In this document: positions 31,356 to 41,006 of the stretch, one piece after another | How the letters are laid out: the number at the start of each line of letters is the position of its first letter | Numbering within the stretch: position 1 is the first letter of the stretch | Assembly: GCA_000999095.1 (NCBI GenBank) | Contig: LCFP01000001.1 | Location: forward strand, 138,230 to 202,229 | DNA from: Candidatus Gottesmanbacteria bacterium GW2011_GWA2_43_14 | Lineage (GTDB): Bacteria; Patescibacteriota; Microgenomatia; 2-02-FULL-39-11 | Reading direction: 5' to 3' | DNA: 64,000 bases | Program-made: the position numbers and the translations under genes | The notes under the pieces: generated by a model | What the model was told of the DNA's origin: nothing | The model's database searches: none | The model's input: the letters and a program-made list of their open reading frames with translations, nothing else

Positions 31356-32952
31356 AAAAAGCCGGCTGCCCGTCGGGATAGGTGATAGTTTTTAAAGGAT
31401 TTACTGTACCTCCCAGAAAATCTTCCGGAGAACCTATATACAAAGTTTTATCCGAAACCGTAAAATCTTCAGGGAAATCATCAAAGACATATTTATCGAA
31501 TTTTCTTACCCACCCGAAACCGTATTCGTTGACTTCCGACAAATTGGCTTGCGGTTGATATTTCTCAGGCGGGTATTTCAGAAAAACAAGGGCATAGATA
31601 TATCCCCAGGCGCTTTTACTTAACCAGACGGTTTTATACTCATCCTGTCTTGCGATTATTTCGCCGTAAACCTCATCCATGCCAAAATGCCATTCTTTGG
31701 CATAACGCAAGGGCGTATGACTGTAATAATTATGAAAATAAAACGTTAAATTAAAGGCTAAAACTATAATTACGAACAATATAAATACTCTTTTTAATAA
31801 AGGATATTTAATTTGTTCAATAATCATCATCAGGCCCAATGCAACATATATTGCCATAAAGGGTAAACTTAATTGCATCCGGCTGGCTGAAGGTACATAT
31901 CTGGTCAGAGCAGCCACTACTATACTGATGAGAAAACCGTATATAAATATTCCGCCGGCTGTATCTCTTCTTCGCAAAAAGAAATATATACCCGCATAAA
32001 AGAAGGGCATCATCCACATAAGCATGACGCCGCTGTTTACAGCTTTGTATATCTGTACATTATCCCCGTTGAAAAAAAGGAAATCCCAGGACAAATGCCT
32101 GCCGTAATTCTCGGCAAAAGTCATAACGTATGTAACAAGTTTATTATGGTAAAGATTACGGAATGTAAAACCGGACAGTACATCTTCCCCCCTTTGGCTG
32201 TTAATGGCAGCGACAATGCCGGGGTCTGAAAATATACTGGTTTGAATTGGACGCGACCAGAATGACTTATTAAAAACGGAAGTCAGCAAAGGCAGGGCTA
32301 AAAGCGTAAATACAACTATGGATAAGATAACACTTTTTACGTTCAGATTGCCTTTTTTTAGCCACAGATATAAACCGGCAATTATAAATAGCGGGGCCAA
32401 CAGTTTGGCATCATGATGAGCATACATGCTTAAGCCGAAAAGAACAGCCGGCCAAACGATAATTCTTTTATTTTTAAGATCTTTCAATAGAAAGGCCAGG
32501 CCGCAAAATAAAAGAAAGGCTGACAGATTTCCTTCATGTCCCATCCGGCTGAACTGTAATGATTGCGGCATGACGGTAAGCATAAAACCGGCAAGCAAAC
32601 CGGCTTTGCTGCCATACAATGAGTCAATCAATAAAAATACCGTCATGATTGTCCCTAAACTTAAAGCAACAGACAAATATCTAACCGCCTCAACCCGAAG
32701 CCCGAAAATTTTTACTAACGGGACAGCTGCATAAATATAGAGAGGCGCCTTATATTCTCCGAATGATTTGAATGCCAGGGGAAATCTGACCCCGTACTCA
32801 TCCCTACCGGTTTTTAAAAGCGAATAAGCATTATACAAATAGGCTGCTTCATCACTGTATAAACCCGGCGGGTTTTGGTTCAGTCGATATAACCGCAGGC
32901 TCAAAGCCAGCAGAATCACAGCAATCGAAAGGAAAACTGTTTTAATTTTCAT
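31315..32952 (-). CDS. GT-C glycosyltransferase, GT39/ArnT/PMT-like (paralog 4 of 7)
   Basis: LYSDEAAYLYNAYSLLKTGRDEYGVRFP, YHNKL, VPSASRMQ, C-terminal KTITYPDGQPAFYV. Confidence 0.6.
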   Translation of the reverse strand: MKIKTVFLSIAVILLALSLRLYRLNQNPPGLYSDEAAYLYNAYSLLKTGRDEYGVRFPLAFKSFGEYKAPLYIYAAVPLVKIFGLRVEAVRYLSVALSLGTIMTVFLLIDSLYGSKAGLLAGFMLTVMPQSLQFSRMGHEGNLSAFLLFCGLAFLLKDLKNKRIIVWPAVLFGLSMYAHHDAKLLAPLFIIAGLYLWLKKGNLNVKSVILSIVVFTLLALPLLTSVFNKSFWSRPIQTSIFSDPGIVAAINSQRGEDVLSGFTFRNLYHNKLVTYVMTFAENYGRHLSWDFLFFNGDNVQIYKAVNSGVMLMWMMPFFYAGIYFFLRRRDTAGGIFIYGFLISIVVAALTRYVPSASRMQLSLPFMAIYVALGLMMIIEQIKYPLLKRVFILFVIIVLAFNLTFYFHNYYSHTPLRYAKEWHFGMDEVYGEIIARQDEYKTVWLSKSAWGYIYALVFLKYPPEKYQPQANLSEVNEYGFGWVRKFDKYVFDDFPEDFTVSDKTLYIGSPEDFLGGTVNPLKTITYPDGQPAFYVTDRTSFPYEQK

Positions 32953-34735
32953 TTTGTTTGGTAACTTTAATCAGATAAAAATAAGGCTGGCCGTCACGCA
33001 GGTATATCGTTTTGACAAGTTGGCTGACAACCACGTCCCTTTCCTGTAATCCGTAATCCGATCCCGAGGAACTCCGCAACTCGGCTAAAACTTTCTTATC
33101 AACCCTGACTGCGCCGCTCGTGGCATTTGGCGGGGTGGATTCCGCATATGACACAAGCAGCCGGTCTGGAATGGTCAAATCATTTCCCCAATCAAGTTTC
33201 TTGAATTTCAATTTGTCCAGTTGTGCCACATGTTGGAAACCCTCGCGGTCCTGGCTAAACCTGACAGCCTTTCGACGGTAATATTCCGGGTCGGTAGCAT
33301 TGTAAAAGAGGAAATATATATACGGCGAATTTTCCGGCCGGTCCATGACGATTTCCCGGTACTCTGGTTTCAACAGTTCAACTGTGTCTACGAGTTGGCG
33401 GTAGCCGTCCCCCCACCATTTATCGGAATTGACAGGAAAATGAAGAAAATACTGGTCCGTGTATAACAGCAGATTAAATGCGATGATGATTGTAATGACC
33501 AATGACTGCCGGGGATAATATCCACGGCCGCTTTTGTGCGAAGTTAAAAGCTGAAGTCCGGCGGCTGACAATAAAGCCAGTACCGGCATGACAGCAAACA
33601 TCCTGGCCGAATGCGGACTGTCGCGGGTGATTGCCGCAGGCAGGATGGCCGTAAACAACCAAAAGGAAATCAGCAACCGCCACGGTAGCTTTCGTCTGAA
33701 AAAGAAGTAAAAACCGGCAAAGAGAACGGGATATTCCCAAAGGTATAGATTGCCGAAATTCGGAATATTATGCTGTCTGTTATCACCGCCTTTAATAACT
33801 AAAAATTCCGGGGACAGGCTTTTAAAATAACCTTCGACAAACCGGAGAGCCGCATAGGTAATTTTATTGTGAAGAAGACGCGCAAGAAATGCATCTGAGG
33901 TATGATCTAACCTCAAGAGATCTGTTTTTTCATACACAGAGTACTCATCCGCGAAATAAGAAAGGCCTGTCATCTTGGTCCGGTCTGCCGAAAACAATGT
34001 CCCGGAATAAATATACAGGGCAAGTAAGGAAAAAGGCAGGGCAAATATCAGCAATTTTCGCATGTTTCTTCTGAGCAAAAACAAGAGCCATAAAAACAAC
34101 AAAGGGGTAAAAAGATGATTGCCGTGATAGGAAAACAGGCTGAAGCTTAAAATAACCGAGGAAACTGCCAGCCATATTTTCGAATATGATCCGTAAAGAT
34201 AAATGACAACCCCTAAGGCAACGGAAAACGCGGCCAGATTTGCTTCCGAGGCTATCCTAGAAAAGTGGATATGCCAGGGAGTAATCGCCAGGATAAAAGC
34301 AGCCAAAAGTGAAGCTTTCTGGGACCGGTAAAAGATTTTTTTTCCTATCAGATATGTCAAAAACACTGTCAGGCTTCCAGCAATAAACGAAACTGAACGG
34401 ACTGAAAATTGGTTCAACCCGAATGAAGAAACCGGCAGAATCGAAGCATAAATATAAGCCGGTAATTTCCAGTCTCCGAAAGATTTAAAGGATATCGGGT
34501 AGCTTGCACCGTATTCATCTCTCCCGGTTTGCAGCAAACTGAAAGCGTTGTAGCCGATGGCAGCTTCATCGCGGTTTAAACCATTCGGTATTTCTCCCAA
34601 CTGAAAGCCTCTCAAACATAAAGTGAGAATGAAAATTAAAGCCAGTATAAAAATGTGTCTGGTTTTAGAAATCATAAAAACGGTATAATGGCTTTCCCCG
34701 AGGGTCTTTAACTTCATATAAATAGCCCGCATCAT
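32942..34735 (-). CDS. GT-C glycosyltransferase, GT39/ArnT/PMT-like (paralog 5 of 7). Likely start is the internal MISKTRH near 34672.
   Basis: LNRDEAAIGYNAFSLLQTGRDEYGASYP, LHNKI, DSPHSARM, C-terminal YLRDGQPYFYLI. Confidence 0.6.
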   Translation of the reverse strand: MMRAIYMKLKTLGESHYTVFMISKTRHIFILALIFILTLCLRGFQLGEIPNGLNRDEAAIGYNAFSLLQTGRDEYGASYPISFKSFGDWKLPAYIYASILPVSSFGLNQFSVRSVSFIAGSLTVFLTYLIGKKIFYRSQKASLLAAFILAITPWHIHFSRIASEANLAAFSVALGVVIYLYGSYSKIWLAVSSVILSFSLFSYHGNHLFTPLLFLWLLFLLRRNMRKLLIFALPFSLLALYIYSGTLFSADRTKMTGLSYFADEYSVYEKTDLLRLDHTSDAFLARLLHNKITYAALRFVEGYFKSLSPEFLVIKGGDNRQHNIPNFGNLYLWEYPVLFAGFYFFFRRKLPWRLLISFWLFTAILPAAITRDSPHSARMFAVMPVLALLSAAGLQLLTSHKSGRGYYPRQSLVITIIIAFNLLLYTDQYFLHFPVNSDKWWGDGYRQLVDTVELLKPEYREIVMDRPENSPYIYFLFYNATDPEYYRRKAVRFSQDREGFQHVAQLDKLKFKKLDWGNDLTIPDRLLVSYAESTPPNATSGAVRVDKKVLAELRSSSGSDYGLQERDVVVSQLVKTIYLRDGQPYFYLIKVTKQNEN

Positions 34736-36311
34736 CTGACAGATTTGCCGGCAATATATAAAGTGAATTTTTTAAAGGGGACCTTTTGACTTGCTGCCAG
34801 TCCAAATTTTCTGGAAAAAGGTATTTGCCGAAACCCTCGACATGCTCGAAGCCGAAACGGTCTGCTACATACGTCCTGGCAGCCTGCCTCTGGTATAATC
34901 CTGCATCATAGCGGTTATAAAAAAGGAAGTAAATATAAGGCATGCCGTTAAAATCAGCTACGATTATATTTTCATACTTTGATCCGATTCTGGAAGTCTC
35001 CGAAACTGCTTCCCTCCAGCCGTAGTTCCACCAGTCACTGTGGCTTGAATTCAGGCTGATAAAATATTGGCGGAAAAAATAACCGATCAGGAAAATATAA
35101 ATGGCACTGACAGCAATAACTGTTTTTTTATCACGGATTATGCTCAGGCCCGCGGCAATTAACGCGGTCAAGGGAACAATTGCCGTAAAAGTTCGGTTGC
35201 TGGACGGTACCATGAAAGTCAGTGAGGCCGGAATGAGGGATATTATGAGCCAGCCAAAAAGGAATTTTTTTTGCCCTGATCCGAAACGTACAGCCAATAA
35301 AACAATGCCTGTAATCAGAAAAAAACCGTCTGTCAGGTACAAAAGTCCCATGCCGGGAATTTGAAAAGGCGTCACAGTATCACCCTTTAAAAACAGGTAA
35401 CGGCCGTCAAAATGGCTGAAGAAATTTGAGGAAATTTGGCGGAAATAAAGGTAAGCTTTATTATGGAAAAATCTGGCTAAAACCGGCGGGGCGTCCCGGT
35501 CCTGAGTTATCAGTTCCCACTGACGCAATTTTACCCCCTGGTCATAAAAGACGCTGATTGTCCTGGCGCGGCCGAAAATAACATCCTGGTTTGTCAGAAA
35601 ACCGAGAAACAAAGGTGCAACCGCCAGGCATATTGCAACCATAGGCATGAGGAGGAGCCGGGGCTTAGCCAAAAATATCTGTCTGTAAATAACCATCAAT
35701 AAAAGTATAAGCAACGGCACAAATACTCTTAAGCCGTAATAGGCGTAAAGTGAAATTCCGAAGAATATAAAAGACCAGAAAATATTATGATTTTTCTTCA
35801 CTCCCTTCAGAAAAAATATGACTGAAAACAGCACAAAAAATAATGCAATCCCGACCAGCATGGCACTTCGGGATTGGAGAATATGCCAGGGTGAAACTGA
35901 GATTGACCAGGCGGCAATTAAGGCCATTTTATTTCCCGCCTTAGATCCGGGAAAGAGCATTACGACCAACAGATACAATAAATAAACAGACGCCGTACCG
36001 AGAATCGCCGAAGGCAGACGCACAGAAGTCTCTGATAGGCCGAAAATAACGACAAAGGGAATCATCAGCCATGACTGCAGGGGCGGTTTCCAGTCGCCGA
36101 AAGAACGTAAAGTTACCGGAAAATTATATCCGTGCTCATCCTTGCCTGTTATCAGCAAGGAAAAAGCGTTGTACCCCTGGTTGGCCTCGTCGGTATATAA
36201 AGACCCGGGAATACTATCAAGCCTGTATAGCCTTGCCACAGATGACAAGACAAGTATTAAAAAAAGAAATAAAAAACTTTTTCTTTTAAAAAGCTCCATG
36301 GATTTTATCAA
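34665..36311 (-). CDS. GT-C glycosyltransferase, GT39/ArnT/PMT-like (paralog 6 of 7)
   Basis: LYTDEANQGYNAFSLLITGKDEHGYNFP, FHNKA, VPSSNRT, C-terminal KDPRGKPLYRFYDF. Confidence 0.6.
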   Translation of the reverse strand: MIKSMELFKRKSFLFLFLILVLSSVARLYRLDSIPGSLYTDEANQGYNAFSLLITGKDEHGYNFPVTLRSFGDWKPPLQSWLMIPFVVIFGLSETSVRLPSAILGTASVYLLYLLVVMLFPGSKAGNKMALIAAWSISVSPWHILQSRSAMLVGIALFFVLFSVIFFLKGVKKNHNIFWSFIFFGISLYAYYGLRVFVPLLILLLMVIYRQIFLAKPRLLLMPMVAICLAVAPLFLGFLTNQDVIFGRARTISVFYDQGVKLRQWELITQDRDAPPVLARFFHNKAYLYFRQISSNFFSHFDGRYLFLKGDTVTPFQIPGMGLLYLTDGFFLITGIVLLAVRFGSGQKKFLFGWLIISLIPASLTFMVPSSNRTFTAIVPLTALIAAGLSIIRDKKTVIAVSAIYIFLIGYFFRQYFISLNSSHSDWWNYGWREAVSETSRIGSKYENIIVADFNGMPYIYFLFYNRYDAGLYQRQAARTYVADRFGFEHVEGFGKYLFPENLDWQQVKRSPLKNSLYILPANLSDDAGYLYEVKDPRGKPLYRFYDF

Positions 36312-37146
36312 GATTTCCTGAGATAATAAGCGGGTAATGCCGGAAATAATAATGAATCAGCTGGCTGTATTCATAAAGCAAAAACAGTGTTGATCCTGTT
36401 GCCACTGTTTTGACATATATGTTCCTGGCTTGAAAGGAGTAAAACAAACCGGTTCCGGTTAAAACTGACCAGAGCGGAACAGCTAGAAAAATCTCCCTGC
36501 TCTCAGGAAAAGCCGGACTGAAAGCGGAAAAAACCAGTATCCACAGTAGTATAAAGAGCAGAAATCTCTTTCCCGGAAATGCTTTTAAAAGTCCCAGGAT
36601 TATAAATGGCAGGAAAAATAGATACATGATGCCGAATTCCCTCAATCCCCCCCACCAGAATGTAATATTCCGGTAGAACAGCAAATCAGGCGATAAGAGT
36701 ATAAATAAATTATTCAGAATACTATCTACAGGCAGTAATGGCGGATATTTAATCCACCAATACAGGGGTATGACTGAAAAAACAAGGGTAGCAAGAGTGA
36801 AATATAATTTCGTGTTATTTTTTTTTAAAAAATATTTTGTGATTATTATTCCTGACAAAAACAGTAAAAAAGTCAAAAGCTGAATTGGAGAATAAATCCT
36901 TCCCTGTTCTATAGCCTGTGGGATTATTGAATAAACCCAAGCTGCCAAAAGGGAGGGTTTGCGGTTTATTCTTAACATCCTACTGAAATAAAAAACAACT
37001 AAAGTCATAAGGACCCCGGTTGCCGCCGACAGTAGTCTTCCTTCCAAAAGCGTATTTTCAGTTTGCGGAGGTATTGATTCAAGATGCCAAAACCTCAATA
37101 TACTGCTTTGGGCAAGAATTAAATTCAGGGCAATTTTAAATGTCAT
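36286..37146 (-). CDS. Membrane protein. Possible degenerate or truncated member of the GT39-like array, lacking the DE motif.
   Basis: 286 aa, about 8 hydrophobic helices. N-terminal LRFWHLESIPPQ echoes the RLYRLDSIPxxLYxDE region of its neighbours but carries no acidic motif. Sits between paralogs 6 and 7. Confidence 0.4.
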   Translation of the reverse strand: MTFKIALNLILAQSSILRFWHLESIPPQTENTLLEGRLLSAATGVLMTLVVFYFSRMLRINRKPSLLAAWVYSIIPQAIEQGRIYSPIQLLTFLLFLSGIIITKYFLKKNNTKLYFTLATLVFSVIPLYWWIKYPPLLPVDSILNNLFILLSPDLLFYRNITFWWGGLREFGIMYLFFLPFIILGLLKAFPGKRFLLFILLWILVFSAFSPAFPESREIFLAVPLWSVLTGTGLFYSFQARNIYVKTVATGSTLFLLYEYSQLIHYYFRHYPLIISGNLDKIHGAF

Positions 37147-37148
37147 AA

Positions 37149-38834
37149 TTACTCTCTTTGATTTTCCCCGATGTAAAGGGCTGTAGTTCCGTCGGGATAA
37201 TTAATGGTATCCAGGATTCTGCTACCTGTAGGAAAATCTCGGGGATTTCCAACCAGCAATAAATTGCCTTTACCGGTCAGTTCAGAGTAATTGAAATTAC
37301 GGAATTCATATTTACCGAATCTATTTCTTTCTTCTGCAAAACCCCCTGAAACTGTACCTCCCTCCTCTAAATACCGTTTAGGAGGGTACTGTGTGTAGTA
37401 CAGCCAAAAAATATAGGGCATGGAAGCCCCTTCAGGCAGATCAGTCCCCAGGGAAACCAAAATACGGTCATAATTGTCTTTTACTTTTTCGGTATATTCT
37501 ACAGCTTCTTTTCGGCCGTACATCCAGTTTCTTGAGAATTCAAAATCAGTATGGAAATAATACTGATGCATATACCTGCCAATGGAAAAGATAAAGACCG
37601 GCAGCAAAGCCCAAACAGCGGCGGTATAAAGAATGTTCCATTCCCTTTTTAAAAGCTTTAAAATGTTCCATAAGCCTATTGCGGCAAATATTTGGAGAGT
37701 CGGAAGAATTATTTCAGCCCGCACGGAATGGGGCGCCTGACGCGTGACCGCAGCAGGCAGAGGTGCCAGAAATAGCCAGATTGGCAGGATTGCGGTAATT
37801 CTTTTGGTATATCGAAGGAAGAAAAATCCGATGCCTGCCAATATGAAAAAATAGTCAAAAAAATAAATCATGCCGAAACCGGGAGCGTGATGAAGCGGCA
37901 CATCACCTTTAACTACCAGAAAATAGGGTGAGAAATGTGAAAAATAGTTAACGGCTAAACGCTTGAAGTTTTCATAATTATAAATACTGATCCTGCGGTT
38001 ATGGAAGATTCGTCCTGAGAAATAAGCTTGCGGACTGATTACGGCATCCCTGGCAATTTCATCTGCTGCCTTCAAAATATTTTCTTCCATGCGCAGATCA
38101 TTGGTCACAATAAAACGGATTTGGGCATTTCGGTTGAAAGCTATAGGCAGGAAAAAAAGCCAGAATAAGATATAAATACCGAAAAAACCGATTATCATTC
38201 TCCTGCCCGGCAGCTGATGCCTCAATAAAATCACCAGGGAAATCAGAAGCAATGGCGCCACAACCCTGGTTGAATGATAAGTAAAAAGACCTAACCCGAA
38301 AAGGACAGCCGACAAATAAAATAGGTTATTTCTTTTTCTCGCTCCCTGAAGAAACGTAAATACGGCCGCAGCCACAACGGTCACCGAAAGATTAGTTTCA
38401 AAAGCCGCGCGGGAAAACTGCAGATGCCAGGGAGAAATTGCTAAAAATAGGGCTGATAAAAGGGCAATCTGATTTTTTTCCGGGTGTCTGCGGAGCAGTT
38501 CCCGGACCAGGAAAAAAACCAGAAACACTGCCAGTGAACCGGAAATTGCAGAAGGCAACCTGACGGTAAAATCGCTGAGTCCGAAGAGAAATATGCCGGG
38601 AATGGCTGAATAAACGTAAAGAGGCGGCTTCCAATCATCCAGGGAGCGGAAATTCCGCGGAAATAATTGACCGAACTGGTCACGTCCGGTCAGCATGATG
38701 GAGTAGGCATCATAGCCTAAAGCCACTTCGTCCCATTCGAGGGAATTTGGGGTTTTCCCCAAATTAAAAAGCCGTAAACAAACGGCTATAAAAGTAATGA
38801 CGCCCAGAAGCGCCATAACTCTTTTCATGGCCAT
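37149..38834 (-). CDS. GT-C glycosyltransferase, GT39/ArnT/PMT-like (paralog 7 of 7)
   Basis: LEWDEVALGYDAYSIMLTGRDQFGQLFP, FHNRR, QAPHSVRA, C-terminal DTINYPDGTTALYI. Confidence 0.6.
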   Translation of the reverse strand: MAMKRVMALLGVITFIAVCLRLFNLGKTPNSLEWDEVALGYDAYSIMLTGRDQFGQLFPRNFRSLDDWKPPLYVYSAIPGIFLFGLSDFTVRLPSAISGSLAVFLVFFLVRELLRRHPEKNQIALLSALFLAISPWHLQFSRAAFETNLSVTVVAAAVFTFLQGARKRNNLFYLSAVLFGLGLFTYHSTRVVAPLLLISLVILLRHQLPGRRMIIGFFGIYILFWLFFLPIAFNRNAQIRFIVTNDLRMEENILKAADEIARDAVISPQAYFSGRIFHNRRISIYNYENFKRLAVNYFSHFSPYFLVVKGDVPLHHAPGFGMIYFFDYFFILAGIGFFFLRYTKRITAILPIWLFLAPLPAAVTRQAPHSVRAEIILPTLQIFAAIGLWNILKLLKREWNILYTAAVWALLPVFIFSIGRYMHQYYFHTDFEFSRNWMYGRKEAVEYTEKVKDNYDRILVSLGTDLPEGASMPYIFWLYYTQYPPKRYLEEGGTVSGGFAEERNRFGKYEFRNFNYSELTGKGNLLLVGNPRDFPTGSRILDTINYPDGTTALYIGENQRE

Positions 38835-38846
38835 ATTTTACCATAG

Positions 38847-40244
38847 TCAGCCCACTTGGAAAGTTTTTAAGTTTGTCACCTTGCGCAGATTGGTTCCCGA
38901 GCTTAAAAAGCGATGAAGAATCTTATAGGCATCATAATCAAAAATATACTCGTATTTGCCCGGCACCGGCATGTCTTCTTCAGAACTGAAGCTGTCGAGC
39001 AGACACCAGCGGTCAAACAGAAATGATTCTTTGAGCTCTGATTCCTCCCTGACAAGTATCGGGCCGGCAAACGGCCAGGGTTTAACCCGGTACTTGGTGA
39101 ATGCATCCATAAACCTCAAATTATACTTAAGTTTATCTTCCTTTTTAGCACAGATGCCCCGGCAACGGTTAAGTCTGTACCAGAAACAGGCGCCAGTCGT
39201 ATTCTCTAAACCGAGCAATTTCGGACATAAGTCATACTCCCCGGCCAGTGAGTACAGGAACTCTTTAGCTTGAGATTGTGAACGGAAAATGCTTAAAAGA
39301 TCCTGGAAATTACCGTTTCCGCCGGATTTTTCCTCAATTTTGAAAACGTATATGCCATCTGCGTTCACACATTTTGTGACCGCGATCAATTTTCGCCGCA
39401 GCCGCAATCTGCGGTTATATATAGGCTGGAGCTTTTTGATCAGGGATGACTCCAAAAACAAGGCGCCCAACTCGCCCGCTGTTCTCTCGTATCCTATTCT
39501 TCTGATCTCCCTGGATATATTCAGGTCTTTAGAAGACAAATAGTCCCGGGAAAAATGTGATTTGACCCTGTCTTTTATGTTGATACTTTTTCCGACATAG
39601 AGGGGCGTTTCATGGTCGCCGTAAAAAATGTAAACACCGGGCGACTCAGGCAGGCTCTCCAATTCATCTCCGGTGATATTTAGCGGAACCGACGGTTCTT
39701 TGAGTGCCAAATTCAGGGCTTTCTCGAAAATTTTTCGGGCGGTATTTTTTCGGCTAAAACTATACAAATCCCAGATGACTTTTGCATCGTCAAAAGCACG
39801 ATGCCGTTTTTCTATCTTTAAGTGAAAATTGCTGATCAGATGGTCAAGATTATAGAACCGGAGTCCGGGATAAAGCAGTTTAGACAGTTTGATGGTACAA
39901 AAATGCTTTGAGGAGAAACTTATGCCGCACCTCTTAAACTCCTGGTGCAATATTCCGTAATCAAATCTGATGTTATGGGCGGCAATGACTGAATCTTTTA
40001 TCATCTCCAAAACTTCCCCGCAGATGGCCTCAAAAATAGGTGCCCGGTCCAGCTCTTCATAAGTTATGCCTGTCAATTCCAGGACAAAAGGACTGATGGA
40101 ACTTACAGGTCTTACCAATTGGGAATATTTTTTGACGATTTTGCCTTTTTCAGTTCTGATGATTCCGATTTCGATAATCTGGCTTCTGGCTACATGGCCG
40201 CCGGTTGTTTCCAGATCGATAAAGGTAATACTTGGAGGCATCAT
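38847..40244 (-). CDS. DEDDh 3'-5' exonuclease (DnaQ/epsilon-like) fused to a GIY-YIG (UvrC/Cho-like) nuclease domain
   Basis: Exo motif I FIDLETTGG, Exo II VIAAHNIRFDYGIL, Exo III HRAFDDAKV. GIY-YIG GVYIFYGDHETPLYVGKSINIKDRVKSHF. Zn/Cys cluster CxxxRCxGIC reminiscent of the UvrC N-terminal region. Confidence 0.7.
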   Translation of the reverse strand: MMPPSITFIDLETTGGHVARSQIIEIGIIRTEKGKIVKKYSQLVRPVSSISPFVLELTGITYEELDRAPIFEAICGEVLEMIKDSVIAAHNIRFDYGILHQEFKRCGISFSSKHFCTIKLSKLLYPGLRFYNLDHLISNFHLKIEKRHRAFDDAKVIWDLYSFSRKNTARKIFEKALNLALKEPSVPLNITGDELESLPESPGVYIFYGDHETPLYVGKSINIKDRVKSHFSRDYLSSKDLNISREIRRIGYERTAGELGALFLESSLIKKLQPIYNRRLRLRRKLIAVTKCVNADGIYVFKIEEKSGGNGNFQDLLSIFRSQSQAKEFLYSLAGEYDLCPKLLGLENTTGACFWYRLNRCRGICAKKEDKLKYNLRFMDAFTKYRVKPWPFAGPILVREESELKESFLFDRWCLLDSFSSEEDMPVPGKYEYIFDYDAYKILHRFLSSGTNLRKVTNLKTFQVG

Positions 40245-40287
40245 AGGGAAATAATAAAGTAGCAGAAATATCTGTGAATTGGAAGTT

Positions 40288-40842
40288 TCAGATAGCCGAT
40301 TCCCTATTACTGTTCATGATCCTCTGCCTTAGATACGGTGAAAAATGGTCGCCGTATCTGTCCTGTAAATCCGTTCTCTGCCAATCATTATTTGTCAGCC
40401 GTCCCCGGCATAAATTGCTTCCGCAGCTGCAGCGGCCGTCGTCGCTGTATGCCCATCCGCCGTCATCCCAGGTGGCAAAATCGACCGTGATTTCCTCACC
40501 TTTTTTAATATGGCGCCTGGCCGACACAGTCACTTCATCATTCAACCAGGCATTGGGATCGCAGGAATGATTCAAAAATTCATCCAGACTGCCGGTCGTA
40601 ACGTCAGCAGACAGCCCCAGATAATGGTCCTCAGAAATTGGCACCAGGGAAAATTCCCGGTATAAATTATCGTCAAAATCCTTTTTGGGAATGACTTCGC
40701 CACCCCAGATCATGATTATTTCACCGGCATTGATATCCTGACTGGTGAAGACACCATGCCCGTGGATATCAGATTTCTTTACTTCAAGCCGGGGATCAAT
40801 CCAGCTGTCTGACAGGTATTTTTCTTCTGCTTTTTTCTTCAT
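40288..40842 (-). CDS. SET-domain protein (putative protein-lysine methyltransferase)
   Basis: FLNHSCDPNA (SET NHSCxPN motif), Tyr-rich ELxF/Y core, post-SET Cys cluster CSCGSNLCRG. Confidence 0.65.
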   Translation of the reverse strand: MKKKAEEKYLSDSWIDPRLEVKKSDIHGHGVFTSQDINAGEIIMIWGGEVIPKKDFDDNLYREFSLVPISEDHYLGLSADVTTGSLDEFLNHSCDPNAWLNDEVTVSARRHIKKGEEITVDFATWDDGGWAYSDDGRCSCGSNLCRGRLTNNDWQRTDLQDRYGDHFSPYLRQRIMNSNRESAI

Positions 40843-41006
40843 TTTGATATAACTCTCATTTTATGAAATATCTCAAAGTAAAACCCGTTTTGCAAAGTAA
40901 AAAAATGGATATGTCTTACTCCGGTTTTGCTTAATTTGAAGCTAAATTCTGAAATCCCCTTTTTTTGTCAGTCGCCAAGCTTGATTGCTATCACAAAAAA
41001 ACGCGA

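Noticed and set aside
26483-38834. Possibility that the seven GT39-like genes are an assembly artefact or DNA-level tandem repeat
   Set aside because: Protein sequences are only moderately similar and the DNA is clearly distinct between copies, with different lengths and different junction overlaps. The copies are diverged paralogs rather than collapsed identical repeats. Read-level confirmation is still advisable.
40843-41006. The largest intergenic gap, inspected for a tRNA, small RNA, CRISPR repeat or Rho-independent terminator
   Set aside because: No cloverleaf-compatible GTTC/TPsiC-like arm, no direct repeats, and no clear GC-rich stem followed by a U-tract were found by eye. It probably holds only promoter or terminator signals too weak to call.
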